Shown here piece by piece: positions 39,027 to 49,025 of a stretch of 64,000 bases of DNA. This DNA is from an uncultured Phascolarctobacterium sp. (GTDB taxonomy: Bacteria > Bacillota > Negativicutes > Acidaminococcales > Acidaminococcaceae). The translations under genes were made by a program, and so were the position numbers. Under the pieces are notes generated by a model. It made no database searches and was not told the DNA's origin. It saw only the letters and a list, made by a program, of their open reading frames with translations. Each line of letters opens with the position of its first letter. Positions within the stretch are counted from its first letter, which is position 1. The DNA lies in the NCBI RefSeq assembly GCF_900544795.1, contig NZ_UQWM01000001.1; one strand, written 5' to 3'.

Positions 39027-40448
39027 TCAAGCCTCTTCCTCTACTAATTCCGGCACTTTGATAGGAGTTTTATCGATAACGGCCACCAAAAGGAACGTCA
39101 CGATGCAGATCAGCCATTCAAAATAAATAACATGCTGCAAAACGTGTAAAGCCGGTACAAACTCCCACACCACCAGGCCCAGCAGGCCTACCAGCGTAGT
39201 ATAAAACGCACTGCTGCGGCGGCATAAGCCCGGTGCGAACACCGTAAACAAAAAGACGCAGGTCAGCGCCGTCGTCATAGACAGACCGGCGATCATGGTC
39301 TTTAAAATACCTGCCGCATTAAAGGCGAACCACAAAGTCACCAAACCAACGGCAAAAATAGTGATGCGGTTGACGGTAACAAATTTATCATCGCTGACAC
39401 CGGGATTGATGAAGCGTTTGTAAATATCCTGGCTAAACAGGGTTCCGGCACCCAAAAGGATCGTGCAGGCCGTAGAAACGTCTGCCGCCCACAAAGCCGC
39501 CAAAGTAGTACCCGAAGCTACAGGATTCAGGCTCATAACCACCTTCGGCAGCGCCATGGTAGCCGTGATATCGGGGAAGGAGACCTTAGCCACGATACCC
39601 AGCAGGGCACATAAGAAGCCGATAGGGAAAATCAAAATGCCGCCTAAAATAAAACCCTTGCGGGCAGTTTTGGCATCACGGGCACCGCATGCGATCTGTA
39701 CTGGGCCCTGGGCCGTGATAGCCTGGGTGATCATAACGATGAACCAACCAATTATAACGGCCATCGGGATACCTGCCAGCGGGTCCAGCCAATCCATATT
39801 TGTAGGCAGCTGCGCTGCAATAGCATCGATACCGCCGGCATTGCTGACAGCGGTGATACAGGAATATAAAATACCCACATAGATCAGGATAACGCTGACG
39901 ATATTAGACAGCCCGGAAGACCACAGCCCGCCGATGAGTGTGATACCGATAAAAACTACGGCGCTCACAATCATACCAGCCTTAAAACTGAAAACATCGG
40001 GCAGCAGGGCTGCTAAAATAGCGCCGCCGGCCAGATATTGCAAAGCCGTAATGACGGACATGATGATAACAAGACCCACGGCGCTGATGACGCGACCCTT
40101 CGTGTCATAATATTTCTCAAAAAATTCAGGGATAGTCGAGATCTTCATAGCGCGCAGCTTGCCTGCTGCCACCAGTCCCATCACGATAGCGCCTGCCGAC
40201 CAGGCCGCATTATACCAGCCCGCCGCCATACCTACCCGGAAAGCATTTTCAGCTACGCCGACAGTAGAGGCCGCACCTACGGCCAGCCCTGTGATGTTGA
40301 CCGCGATCAGAGCCGTACCTAACTTACGGCCGGCAAATAAATATTCAGCCGAGCCTTTATCCGCCCGCCGCTTGACATAAAAACTGATACCAAAAAGAAG
40401 CGCGATATACACGCATACGATAAATAATTGAATAGACAAATGCCACAC
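39027..40448 (-). CDS. Sodium:solute symporter family (SSS) transporter, probable serine or amino-acid uptake
   Basis: 473 aa, about 13 TM helices. SSS-type N-terminal region (SAEYLFAGRKLGTALIAVNITG). First gene of the serine operon. Start GTG at 40448 or TTG at 40439. Confidence 0.75.
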   Translation of the reverse strand: MWHLSIQLFIVCVYIALLFGISFYVKRRADKGSAEYLFAGRKLGTALIAVNITGLAVGAASTVGVAENAFRVGMAAGWYNAAWSAGAIVMGLVAAGKLRAMKISTIPEFFEKYYDTKGRVISAVGLVIIMSVITALQYLAGGAILAALLPDVFSFKAGMIVSAVVFIGITLIGGLWSSGLSNIVSVILIYVGILYSCITAVSNAGGIDAIAAQLPTNMDWLDPLAGIPMAVIIGWFIVMITQAITAQGPVQIACGARDAKTARKGFILGGILIFPIGFLCALLGIVAKVSFPDITATMALPKVVMSLNPVASGTTLAALWAADVSTACTILLGAGTLFSQDIYKRFINPGVSDDKFVTVNRITIFAVGLVTLWFAFNAAGILKTMIAGLSMTTALTCVFLFTVFAPGLCRRSSAFYTTLVGLLGLVVWEFVPALHVLQHVIYFEWLICIVTFLLVAVIDKTPIKVPELVEEEA

Positions 40449-40765
40449 TACCTTTCTACGCTGCTACATTGCTGCTTAATAAACTACCTGCGTCCCCTGG
40501 ACGCGCCTACCATACTACCCCCCTGCCCGCTTCAAATATACTACATTATATCAAGTTTCTTTGGTAAAGTGAAGTAAAACAACTTAAGAAACTGCCTGCA
40601 TCTGCTTTCCAAATCCCCTTTACAAAAGCTTTATAAAAGGCGAGCCAGGTAAAATTTTTCTTACTTGCCCGCCAACAACAAGGATTTTAGCTTTTTATGT
40701 CGAATGTAAAAAAGATTACAGAAGATTTATTCTGTCTATTTTCCTGATAAGCGAGGCTTAAAATC

Positions 40766-41011
40766 ATGTACTCTTATAAAACCAGCGGCACCTGTGCCCA
40801 GCAAATCAACTACGATATCATCGACGGCAAGATCCACAATGTGTCTTTTGTCAGCGGCTGCCCCGGCAACCTTAAAGCCATCGGTATCCTTATCGAAGGC
40901 ATGCCCGTTGAAGAAGTGGCAGCCAAGCTACGCGGTATCCGCTGCGGCAACCGCAGCACCTCCTGCGGCGACCAGCTGGCCCAGGCTTTGGAGCAGCACA
41001 TCAATAAATAA
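40766..41011 (+). CDS. TSCPD-domain (TIGR03905) four-cysteine protein
   Basis: 81 aa. VSFVSGCPGN and RSTSCGDQLA motifs characteristic of the family. Confidence 0.7.
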   Translation: MYSYKTSGTCAQQINYDIIDGKIHNVSFVSGCPGNLKAIGILIEGMPVEEVAAKLRGIRCGNRSTSCGDQLAQALEQHINK

Positions 41012-41056
41012 ACGTCAACTAAGCATGGTAAACTTGAAGGAAAGGAGTGAACTGCA

Positions 41057-42007
41057 ATGTATAAGATCCTCAAAAGCACGCCCAACGGTATTGACGAGCT
41101 GGAAATGGAACAACTGGAAAAAGGCTGCTGGATCGACATTGTCAGCCCCTCTCCCGAAGAACTGCACGAAATAGCGGACGCCACCAATATCCAACTGGAT
41201 TTTTTGACTGCCGCACTTGACGAAGAAGAAAAATCGCGTATCGAAACGGAAGACGACCAGATCCTGATCCTGGTCGATATACCATTCCTGCGCAGCAACA
41301 AAGACTATGACACTCTTCCTCTCGGCATTATCATTTCCGAAGATTTCATTGTCACCGTTTGTCTGGAACCCAACGCCGTTGTAGCCGATTTCTCGTCCTA
41401 CAACCACCGTTTTTTCAGCACCTTCAAAAAAACGCGCTTCCTGTTCCAGATCCTCTACAAATCAGCAACTCTGTATCTGAAATATATCCGTATCATTATC
41501 AAGCGGACCGATGAATTAGAGCAGCATCTGCGTAAGTCCATGGAAAATTCCGAGCTGTTCAATTTGCTGGATCTGCAGAAATCACTGACCTACTTCACCA
41601 CGTCCCTGCGCAGTAATTACATCGTGACAGAAAAACTGCTGCGGCTGCGTTCCACCAATCAGTCGGGACATTTGATCAAGCTTTATGAAGAAGATGAGGA
41701 CCTTTTGGAAGATGTCATCATCGAATACAAACAGGCTATTGAGATGGTTGAGATGTACAGCCACATTCTTAACAGCATGATGGAAGTATTCGCCTCCATC
41801 ATCAGCAACAACCTGAACTTAGTTATGAAATTCTTAGCTTCCGTAACCATTATCCTGGCCATACCGACGACCATCGGCGGCTTGTGGGGTATGAACGTGC
41901 CAGTGCCCATGGAGGGCAACGAATTCGGCTTCGTCACCATCACCTCCATCGCCCTGCTGATTTCGGTGGGTACAGGTTACTGGCTGTGGAAACGCCGTAT
42001 GTTTTAG
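41057..42007 (+). CDS. corA: CorA-family magnesium/cobalt transporter
   Basis: 316 aa. Cytoplasmic funnel domain, then two C-terminal TM helices with the GMN signature (GLWGMNVPVP). Confidence 0.85.
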   Translation: MYKILKSTPNGIDELEMEQLEKGCWIDIVSPSPEELHEIADATNIQLDFLTAALDEEEKSRIETEDDQILILVDIPFLRSNKDYDTLPLGIIISEDFIVTVCLEPNAVVADFSSYNHRFFSTFKKTRFLFQILYKSATLYLKYIRIIIKRTDELEQHLRKSMENSELFNLLDLQKSLTYFTTSLRSNYIVTEKLLRLRSTNQSGHLIKLYEEDEDLLEDVIIEYKQAIEMVEMYSHILNSMMEVFASIISNNLNLVMKFLASVTIILAIPTTIGGLWGMNVPVPMEGNEFGFVTITSIALLISVGTGYWLWKRRMF

Positions 42008-42022
42008 TTTTAGGAGACCATT

Positions 42023-42253
42023 ATGTCAAAAATATTAGCAGAACAATTATTGGCCGGTATCATTCTCGGCGATAACGACAATCAGGAATATATTTACCTG
42101 CCTGGCGGCGAGGTGGGCAGCGATAACCCCTGCTGCGTTTTTGAAAGCAGGGACGGACGTCAGGACCTGCAGCTGGAGGCAGCCGTCGAGCAGGTCAAGC
42201 GACTGCACTTAAAACCTGTCAGCCATCCGGAAATGGGCCGCCGTTCCTATTAA
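42023..42253 (+). CDS. Hypothetical small protein, 76 aa
   Basis: RBS GGAGA 6 nt before ATG. Co-oriented 15 nt after corA. Terminator downstream. Confidence 0.5.
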   Translation: MSKILAEQLLAGIILGDNDNQEYIYLPGGEVGSDNPCCVFESRDGRQDLQLEAAVEQVKRLHLKPVSHPEMGRRSY

Positions 42254-42267
42254 ACATTACTAAAAAC

Positions 42268-42302
42268 ACAAAACCCACCACGCCAAGCGCGGTGGGCTTT
42301 TT
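42268..42302. terminator. Bidirectional terminator
   Basis: cccaccacgcc-aagc-gcggtgggc hairpin followed by TTTTTT. Confidence 0.6.
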
Positions 42303-42314
42303 TATTGCCACTTT

Positions 42315-43858
42315 TTACTTTTGCAGCCACTGCCGTAAAAATTCCTCCGGAGGCAAAGGCCGTGAAAAATAGTAACCCTGCCCCTGCTGACAGCCAAACT
42401 CCTGTAGCAGTTCTAATTGCTCTTTGGTCTCGATGCCTTCGGCCAAAGTCAGCGTGTCGCCGAACTCCCGACACATGAAAATGCCTGCTTTAAACATGAT
42501 CTGGGCCTTGGGGTTATCTACCAGATCGTTGACCAGGCTTTTATCAAATTTCACCGTATCAAAATTTACCTGAGCCAGCAGTTCTTTTTCCAGCAGGCCG
42601 AAGCTTTCGGTGATCTCCACGTCTATCAATTTAGTATCGATACCGTACTGGCTGCAGATCTCTGCACCGCTTCTGATGATATTCTCAGCCATCAGGGTGA
42701 CCCGCGAAACGTTGACCGAAACCTTAAAGGAAGCATGCCCCTGTTCCTGCCATTTTTTTAGTAGCTGGCAAACGCTTTCCAGAACAAAGGTATCGACATA
42801 ACTGATCAAGCCGTTTTCCTCATATTCGGGAATAAACTTATCAGGCGTCACCATCCTGCCGTTCTCGTCAAACTTGCGCACCAGTGCTTCAGCACCTTCC
42901 AGTGCTCCTGTACGCAAATTTATCTTCGGCTGCAAATACACGGTAAAATGGCCTGAGGCAATCTCATCCTGCAATTGATGGGCTCTTTCGGCCCGATTGT
43001 TATAATCTGTTTCCATATCCTGATAGCTTACAAATTTTGTCGCTTCCATCACAGCGTTGGCCTGCGACACTTTTTTGTAGATATCGGCGCAGCTATCGCA
43101 CCACAAACGGCCTACGGAAACCCCAAACTCTATACCTTTGCTCAGTTCGCCCTTCAGCTCTTCCACCTTGGCCTCAAATTCTTTCTTGGTACAACCCACC
43201 AAAAGACCCACAAATTCATCACTGCCGATGCGGAAGGAATCGGTACCAAATAAACGCCTCACGATGTCCGCCAGCTTGATCAGCGCCTGATCTCCTGCCT
43301 GATTGCCTTTAGCAGCATTGATATACCGCAGCCCGTTAAGGTCCATATCAACGATACCAATACTGGTATTTTTCCGTTCAGCCAATTCTTGCAGTGTCAG
43401 ATTATATTTTCCCTGTTATACAGGCCTGTCAAAGTATCGGTCCAGCGCAGATGCAGTAATTTTTCTTCCACATATTGCTTCTGCCGTTCCAGTTCATCCT
43501 CCTGCAGATTATACAACACTTCAAACCGCAAGCGGCGGTCATTATGCTCCAATAAAATACTTTTGACCTCCAAATACCGCTGTATGTAAGGCTGATAAAC
43601 TTCCTCTACAAAAAAATTCTCTGTTTGCAGTGACGCGTTATGGCAGAACTTGCACCGTTCATCCAGTCCCTGCAGTACAGTATAGCATTTGCAGCCATGA
43701 TAGCTTTCGTCATCTACCGGCCGCTGCAGCATCTCTTTGGCATATTTGTTCATATAAATGATCTCATCCGTATCGATGTCGATCAGATATACCGCTCTCG
43801 CATCCTCTGTCCTTACTATCTGCGGCAATTCATCAAAACCTATCAGTCTGCCGTCCAT
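42315..43858 (-). pseudogene. PAS, degenerate GGDEF, EAL c-di-GMP phosphodiesterase split by a frameshift near 43398..43412
   Basis: The upstream ORF (43397..43858) ends ...TDTLTGLYNRENII*, i.e. inside the start of a GGDEF domain. The next frame continues LQELAERKNTSIGIVDMDLNGLRYINAAKGNQAGD...GSDEF, then an EAL domain (EALVR, DVEITE). A T4/A4 homopolymer sits at the junction. Confidence 0.7.
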
Positions 43859-44057
43859 CCATACACCTCTTTATCTCGGCCTGTTTAGTTTGCACTTTTA
43901 TCTAACTTAATAAACAATACCTTATCGTTTAAGTTTTTTATCATCTTAAAAATTTGCATCTTTTTTATCTCTCCCTATTATAGCACATCATTAGTTATAT
44001 TCAATCTTTTCCGTCTATCAGGAATGTTTTATATTTTATTGCAATAAAAAAGCGCTG

Positions 44058-44089
44058 CGGCAATGCCGCAACGCTTTTAATTTTTACTT
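44058..44089 (-). terminator. Terminator after the usp gene
   Basis: gcgctgcggc-aatg-ccgcaacgc hairpin with T-run on minus. Confidence 0.65.
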
Positions 44090-44536
44090 TTACTTTATTA
44101 CGATCACAGGTACGCCTGCGTCTTCAACAACTGTTCTGCTGACGCTTCTTTTCAGCATCCCCTCCAGGGTGCCGAAACCCCTGCTGCCCATAACTATAGT
44201 ATCGCAGCCTTCGCGGCGGCCCAGCTTAATTATCTCCTCGGACGGTCTGCCGCTGATAGCCAGCAAATAATCGCAGGGCACTTCCTGCTTATCCATCAGG
44301 TGTTTCGCTGCTCCCAGGACCTCATTGCCGATCTGCATCACAGGTCCATTGGCACTGTAAACGAGTTCTTCTTCAAGAGGAGCCCCGCCGACAGCGTTGA
44401 TACCCGGTTTGACTATCGTCAAAATGACCAGGTGCCCGCCAGATAATCTTGCTAAAGCAGCCGCGTATTCCATCGCACGCCAGGAATGTTCACTTCCATC
44501 AATAGGTACGAGAATCTTTTTGAGCATCTTCATCAT
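44090..44536 (-). CDS. Universal stress protein (UspA family)
   Basis: KILVPIDGSEHS N-terminal motif and C-terminal G-x2-G-x9-GS ATP-binding motif (MGSRGFGTLEGMLKRSVS). Confidence 0.8.
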   Translation of the reverse strand: MMKMLKKILVPIDGSEHSWRAMEYAAALARLSGGHLVILTIVKPGINAVGGAPLEEELVYSANGPVMQIGNEVLGAAKHLMDKQEVPCDYLLAISGRPSEEIIKLGRREGCDTIVMGSRGFGTLEGMLKRSVSRTVVEDAGVPVIVIK

Positions 44537-44564
44537 CCTTCAGCCAAAACTTATTGTCCCGGTA

Positions 44565-45011
44565 TTATTTTACGATCAAAACAGGCACCGTTGCATACTG
44601 CGATACCTTGGAGCTGACGCTGCCCAGGAAAAACTCGGCGATGCCGCTGAGTCCACGACTGCCTAAAACGATAGCGTCGGCCTCTGCTTTTTTAGATAAA
44701 GCGATGATACGCTCAGAGGGATGACCGACTTCCATATCGTATTCAACTTTATGAGGATAGGAACCAACCATTTCTTTAGCCAGCTCTAAAACCTTGTCGC
44801 CAACTTTTTCAAGTTCGCTGTTGCCCTGGTTGATCGTTGCATGATCGAGAGGAACAGCCAGCAGAGCCGCGTTATTATAAGGCTGGATAACATTCACAAC
44901 CAAAATTTCGCTTTCAAATTTCTTTCCCAGCTCCAAAGCGCTGTTCAATGCGCGCCAGGCAGTTTCGGAACCATCTACAGGTACTAAGATCTTTTTAAAC
45001 ATAATACGCAC
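44565..45011 (-). CDS. Universal stress protein (UspA family), tandem paralog
   Basis: KILVPVDGSETA...LGSRGLSGIAEFFLGSVS motifs. Confidence 0.8.
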   Translation of the reverse strand: MRIMFKKILVPVDGSETAWRALNSALELGKKFESEILVVNVIQPYNNAALLAVPLDHATINQGNSELEKVGDKVLELAKEMVGSYPHKVEYDMEVGHPSERIIALSKKAEADAIVLGSRGLSGIAEFFLGSVSSKVSQYATVPVLIVK

Positions 45012-45116
45012 CTCCTGCTATCTTAACTACAGCTAAAATATTCAAAATCAATAATATACTTATTGGTTTCAATGTTAGTTTCTCTTTTTTACAGCAAAAC
45101 TCCTGCAAAAGAGCAA

Positions 45117-45467
45117 TTATTTAACTTTATTTTTTTTAGCCTGGTGTTTCAGCGATTTTTTGCTGACCTTCTTCATTTCAGACGGCGCCGGAGCATCATC
45201 CATACTGCCGCCCTTGCCGAAACGGTAATAAAGCAGCATCAAGCCCAAAAGCAGCATGGGCATACCGCCAACCACATAGCGGTATTCCGCCGGTACGGTC
45301 ATGGTTATAAAATCGTAGCCGATAATAGCCAGCGGAACAAGAATGATCTGACCGTAGCGGCTGGCAGGGCCTTCAGTGCCCAGAAAACGGATCACCAGGC
45401 CGTAAGCCAGAAAGGCCACGGCAAAAGATACAAAAGACATAAAGCATAAGAAAATAAAAAATTCCAT
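45117..45467 (-). CDS. Small membrane protein with Lys-rich C-terminal tail; function unknown
   Basis: 116 aa, about 3 TM helices. Follows the ABC permease gene. Confidence 0.5.
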   Translation of the reverse strand: MEFFIFLCFMSFVSFAVAFLAYGLVIRFLGTEGPASRYGQIILVPLAIIGYDFITMTVPAEYRYVVGGMPMLLLGLMLLYYRFGKGGSMDDAPAPSEMKKVSKKSLKHQAKKNKVK

Positions 45468-45482
45468 AACAGCTCTCCTCGT

Positions 45483-46430
45483 TTAACGTTCTTCCCTGTC
45501 GTAAGGTTGACCCAATGCCTGCGGCGCCGCCAGGCGGCCGCCTTTGCGGGCCAGTACCAAAATCAGCACTAAAATAGTAAAAATATAAGGCAGCATATTG
45601 AGAATAAAAACAGATACCGGCAGACCGATCACCTGTAAATGGAAGCCCAGCGCGTCGATGCCGCCGAAAAGGTACGAGCCTACCAGCGCACGCCACGGAT
45701 CCCACAAAGCAAAGATGACCAAAGCCACAGCTATCCAGCCCCGGCCGGCCGTCATATTCTCCAGCCAGCAGGGAGCATAAGCCAGCGACAGATACGCTCC
45801 GCCCAAGCCTGCCAAAGCCCCGCCGATGACCACGTACAAATACCGCAGACCGAAAACATTGACGCCTACCGCGTCGACTGCCGCCGGGTTTTCACCCAAG
45901 GCCCGCATAAACAGGCCCGGACGAGTACGGTACAGATAAAAGGCCGTCGCCGCTACCAATAGATAGCTAAGATAGACCAAAAGATCCTGCTTAAAAAGCA
46001 CAGGCCCGATAACAGGCAGCTCGCTAAGCCCAGGCACCGCCAGCTTGGTAAAAGACACACTTGCCTGCTGACCTACATAATCAAGTCCCAGATAACCCGA
46101 CAGCCCTGTCCCGAACAGGGTCAGAGCCAAACCACTGACGACCTGGTTAGCCCGCAGAGTAATGGTCAGATAAGCATGGATCAGCGCCATCAGCGCACCG
46201 GCGACCAGTGCCATAGCCACACCGCCAGCCAGACTACCCATCTGCTGGGCAGCAATAAAACCGGCGCAAGCGCCTACAAGCATCATCCCATCCACACCTA
46301 AATTGGTGATACCGGCCCGTTCAGAGATCAGCTCGCCGAGGGCCGCAAATAAGATCGGCGTTCCCGCCGTGATGGAAGCGGCTAAAATGGAAATGAGCAA
46401 AGCTTCATTCATGCTCCTCGCCTCCTTCAT
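45483..46430 (-). CDS. ABC transporter permease (BMP / nucleoside-type, YufQ-like)
   Basis: 315 aa polytopic protein; overlaps the upstream permease gene. Confidence 0.75.
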   Translation of the reverse strand: MKEARSMNEALLISILAASITAGTPILFAALGELISERAGITNLGVDGMMLVGACAGFIAAQQMGSLAGGVAMALVAGALMALIHAYLTITLRANQVVSGLALTLFGTGLSGYLGLDYVGQQASVSFTKLAVPGLSELPVIGPVLFKQDLLVYLSYLLVAATAFYLYRTRPGLFMRALGENPAAVDAVGVNVFGLRYLYVVIGGALAGLGGAYLSLAYAPCWLENMTAGRGWIAVALVIFALWDPWRALVGSYLFGGIDALGFHLQVIGLPVSVFILNMLPYIFTILVLILVLARKGGRLAAPQALGQPYDREER

Positions 46431-47481
46431 CCTTCACTAAGCGTAGCTGATAACTGGTAAAAATGTCAGCGCCGACCACAAAGAACAAGATCGCCCCCTG
46501 GAGCATCGTCGCCACGGCGGAAGGTATACCCAGGGTCTGCACCATAAAACCGCCCACATGGATAATGGCGAATAAAAACGCCACCACGATGATCGCCGCC
46601 GGATGCAGACGCGCCAGCCAGGCCACAATGATCGCCGTATAGCCATAACCGGGGCTAATACCCGGCTGCAGCTTGCCAACGATGCCACTGACCTCGATCA
46701 TGCCGCCCATACCGCAGATCGCGCCGCTGAGCAGCATGACCAAAAGTACGTTACGGGGGATATTGATGCCGGCATAACGGGCCGCAGTCGGATTGGAGCC
46801 GATGACCAGCGTTTCATAACCCCAGCGGGAATCACGGAAGACCACCGTCAGGATAGCCGCTAAAACAAAAACGATAATAATGCCTGCATGCACACGCAAA
46901 TCGCCGAAGGTCGGCAGCAAAGCAGCCTCACTGAAGGCCGCCGTCAGCGGAAAGTTCAGCCCTTTGGGATCGCGCCAGGCACCGTAAACTAAATAATTGA
47001 CCCATAAAATAGCAATATAATTCATCATCAGCGTGGTTATCAGCTCGCTGACCAGCCATTTTGTTTTGAACCAACCGGCCAAAAGCCCCCACAACCCACC
47101 GGCCACCGCACCCAAAAGCAGCATGCCCGGCAGCATAATAAATGAGGGCAGGTCAGGAAAGGTGAGCGGCAGCCAACTGGCCGCACAGGCACCCATATAG
47201 AACTGGCCTTCCGCACCGATGTTCCAGATCTGCATCCTAAAAGCAATGGCTATGCCCAGTCCGCACATCGCTAAAGGTATCATCTTGACTATGGTTTCTG
47301 ATATACCGTATTCAGAGCCTAAAGCGCCGCTGAACATGGCATAATAAACTTCCAGAGGGTCGCGCCCGGTCAGGGCAAAAAAGATGCCGCAGAAAACCAG
47401 CGCCGCCAAAGCGGCAGCAATGGGCACCAGCGTCCGCATCAGCGGACTGGGGGCCAGACGTTTTTCCATCATCAGCTTCAT
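46405..47481 (-). CDS. ABC transporter permease (BMP / nucleoside-type, YufP-like)
   Basis: 358 aa polytopic protein. Confidence 0.75.
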   Translation of the reverse strand: MKLMMEKRLAPSPLMRTLVPIAAALAALVFCGIFFALTGRDPLEVYYAMFSGALGSEYGISETIVKMIPLAMCGLGIAIAFRMQIWNIGAEGQFYMGACAASWLPLTFPDLPSFIMLPGMLLLGAVAGGLWGLLAGWFKTKWLVSELITTLMMNYIAILWVNYLVYGAWRDPKGLNFPLTAAFSEAALLPTFGDLRVHAGIIIVFVLAAILTVVFRDSRWGYETLVIGSNPTAARYAGINIPRNVLLVMLLSGAICGMGGMIEVSGIVGKLQPGISPGYGYTAIIVAWLARLHPAAIIVVAFLFAIIHVGGFMVQTLGIPSAVATMLQGAILFFVVGADIFTSYQLRLVKDEGGEEHE

Positions 47482-49007
47482 GCGTCCGCACCTCCACCAT
47501 CAGTGATACCGGCCATCAGTGCGCCGATCTTTTCCGTATCCATCTCGCTGACAGGGAACTCACCCAAAATCCTGCCCGCAAACATTACGCCGACACGGTC
47601 GGCCAGCTTGGCGATCTCCTCCAGCTCCTCTGATACTAAAATAATTGCCGTCTGCTCCTGCTTCAGCTGCAATAGCAGCTTGTGCACTGCTTCGATAGCG
47701 CCGATATCCAGCCCGCGCACCGGGTACAGAACTATCATCAGCTTCGGCCGGGCAGCGATCTCGCGCCCTAACAGCAGTTTTTGCAGGTTGCCGCCGCTCA
47801 TCATTTTAACAGGCTGGAAGATGGAGCCCAGCTTCACGTCAAAATCTTCCACAATGCGTTTCGTCGCCGCAATAGCGGCCTCGCGCCTGATGCGCCAGCC
47901 CTTGGAAAATTTGCCGTCGTATTCTTTTAGGATCACGTTATCGACCGAGCTCAGGTTAGGCACCAGCCCCATCCCCAGACGGTCCTCAGGCACATAGCTG
48001 ATACCGGCTTCGATCATGGTCTTCGGTTTTTTATTGGTCAGATCGTGCCCGTAAAAAAGCACCTTGCCGCCCATAGAAGGGCGCAGCCCGGCCAACACCT
48101 CTGCCAGCTCACGCTGACCGTTGCCCGATACCCCGGCGATACCATAGATCTCGCCCGCCCGAACCTTTAGATCAACATTGTTCAGCGCCACCGTGTTCAT
48201 ATCGTTAAGGGCCGAAACCTGCTCCAGACGCAGCACCACTTCGCCGCAGTGTTCGCAGGTTTTTTCGTAAGTATTCAGCACCTCACGGCCTATCATCATC
48301 TGCACCAGCTGTTCGCGCCGCATATTGGCTTTAGCGGCACTGCCAGTTACGCAACCGCCCCGCAGCACTGTTACCCGGTCGGCCAGCTCTTCTACTTCGT
48401 TCAGCTTATGGGAAATAAAAACTACGGCGCAGCCGTCGTCAGCCATTTTCCGCAGATTGACAAAAAGCTCCCTGGTCTCCTGGGGCGTTAAAACCGCCGT
48501 CGGTTCGTCCAAAATCAGCACCTTACTGCGATGGTACAGCATCCGCAAAATCTCGACCCGCTGCTTTTCGCCCACACCCAGCTGCCACACATAGGCCCGA
48601 GGATCGACCTGCAAGCCATATTTTTCGCCCAGGCTTTCGATATCGGCGATGATCTGCTCTGCCTGCAGCAAAAAGCCGCCCTTATCTTGGCTCAAAACGA
48701 TGTTTTCCGCCACTGTAAAGGATTCGATCAGCTTAAAGTGCTGATGCACCATGCCGATACCGCTGGCAATGGCGTCGGCCGGTGAAGCGAACTTCACCTC
48801 GGCGCCATTGACCATGATGCAGCCCTCCGTTGGTTTATACAAACCTGTCAGGATGCTCATCAGCGTGCTTTTGCCGCTGCCGTTCTCACCCAGCAAAGCG
48901 TGGATCTCGCCCGCATGTAATTCCAGATCTATTTTATTGTTGGCGATAACGCCGGGAAACCGCTTCGTTATCTGCCTCATACTGATAAGAGGCGAAGTCA
49001 TAACCAT
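47478..49007 (-). CDS. ABC transporter ATP-binding protein with duplicated ABC domains (YufO/NupO-like)
   Basis: Two Walker A motifs (GENGSGKST, GVSGNGQRE), LSGG-type signatures, Walker B ILDEPTAVL. Confidence 0.8.
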   Translation of the reverse strand: MVMTSPLISMRQITKRFPGVIANNKIDLELHAGEIHALLGENGSGKSTLMSILTGLYKPTEGCIMVNGAEVKFASPADAIASGIGMVHQHFKLIESFTVAENIVLSQDKGGFLLQAEQIIADIESLGEKYGLQVDPRAYVWQLGVGEKQRVEILRMLYHRSKVLILDEPTAVLTPQETRELFVNLRKMADDGCAVVFISHKLNEVEELADRVTVLRGGCVTGSAAKANMRREQLVQMMIGREVLNTYEKTCEHCGEVVLRLEQVSALNDMNTVALNNVDLKVRAGEIYGIAGVSGNGQRELAEVLAGLRPSMGGKVLFYGHDLTNKKPKTMIEAGISYVPEDRLGMGLVPNLSSVDNVILKEYDGKFSKGWRIRREAAIAATKRIVEDFDVKLGSIFQPVKMMSGGNLQKLLLGREIAARPKLMIVLYPVRGLDIGAIEAVHKLLLQLKQEQTAIILVSEELEEIAKLADRVGVMFAGRILGEFPVSEMDTEKIGALMAGITDGGGADA

Positions 49008-49025
49008 GCTCCGTTCATTATAAAA

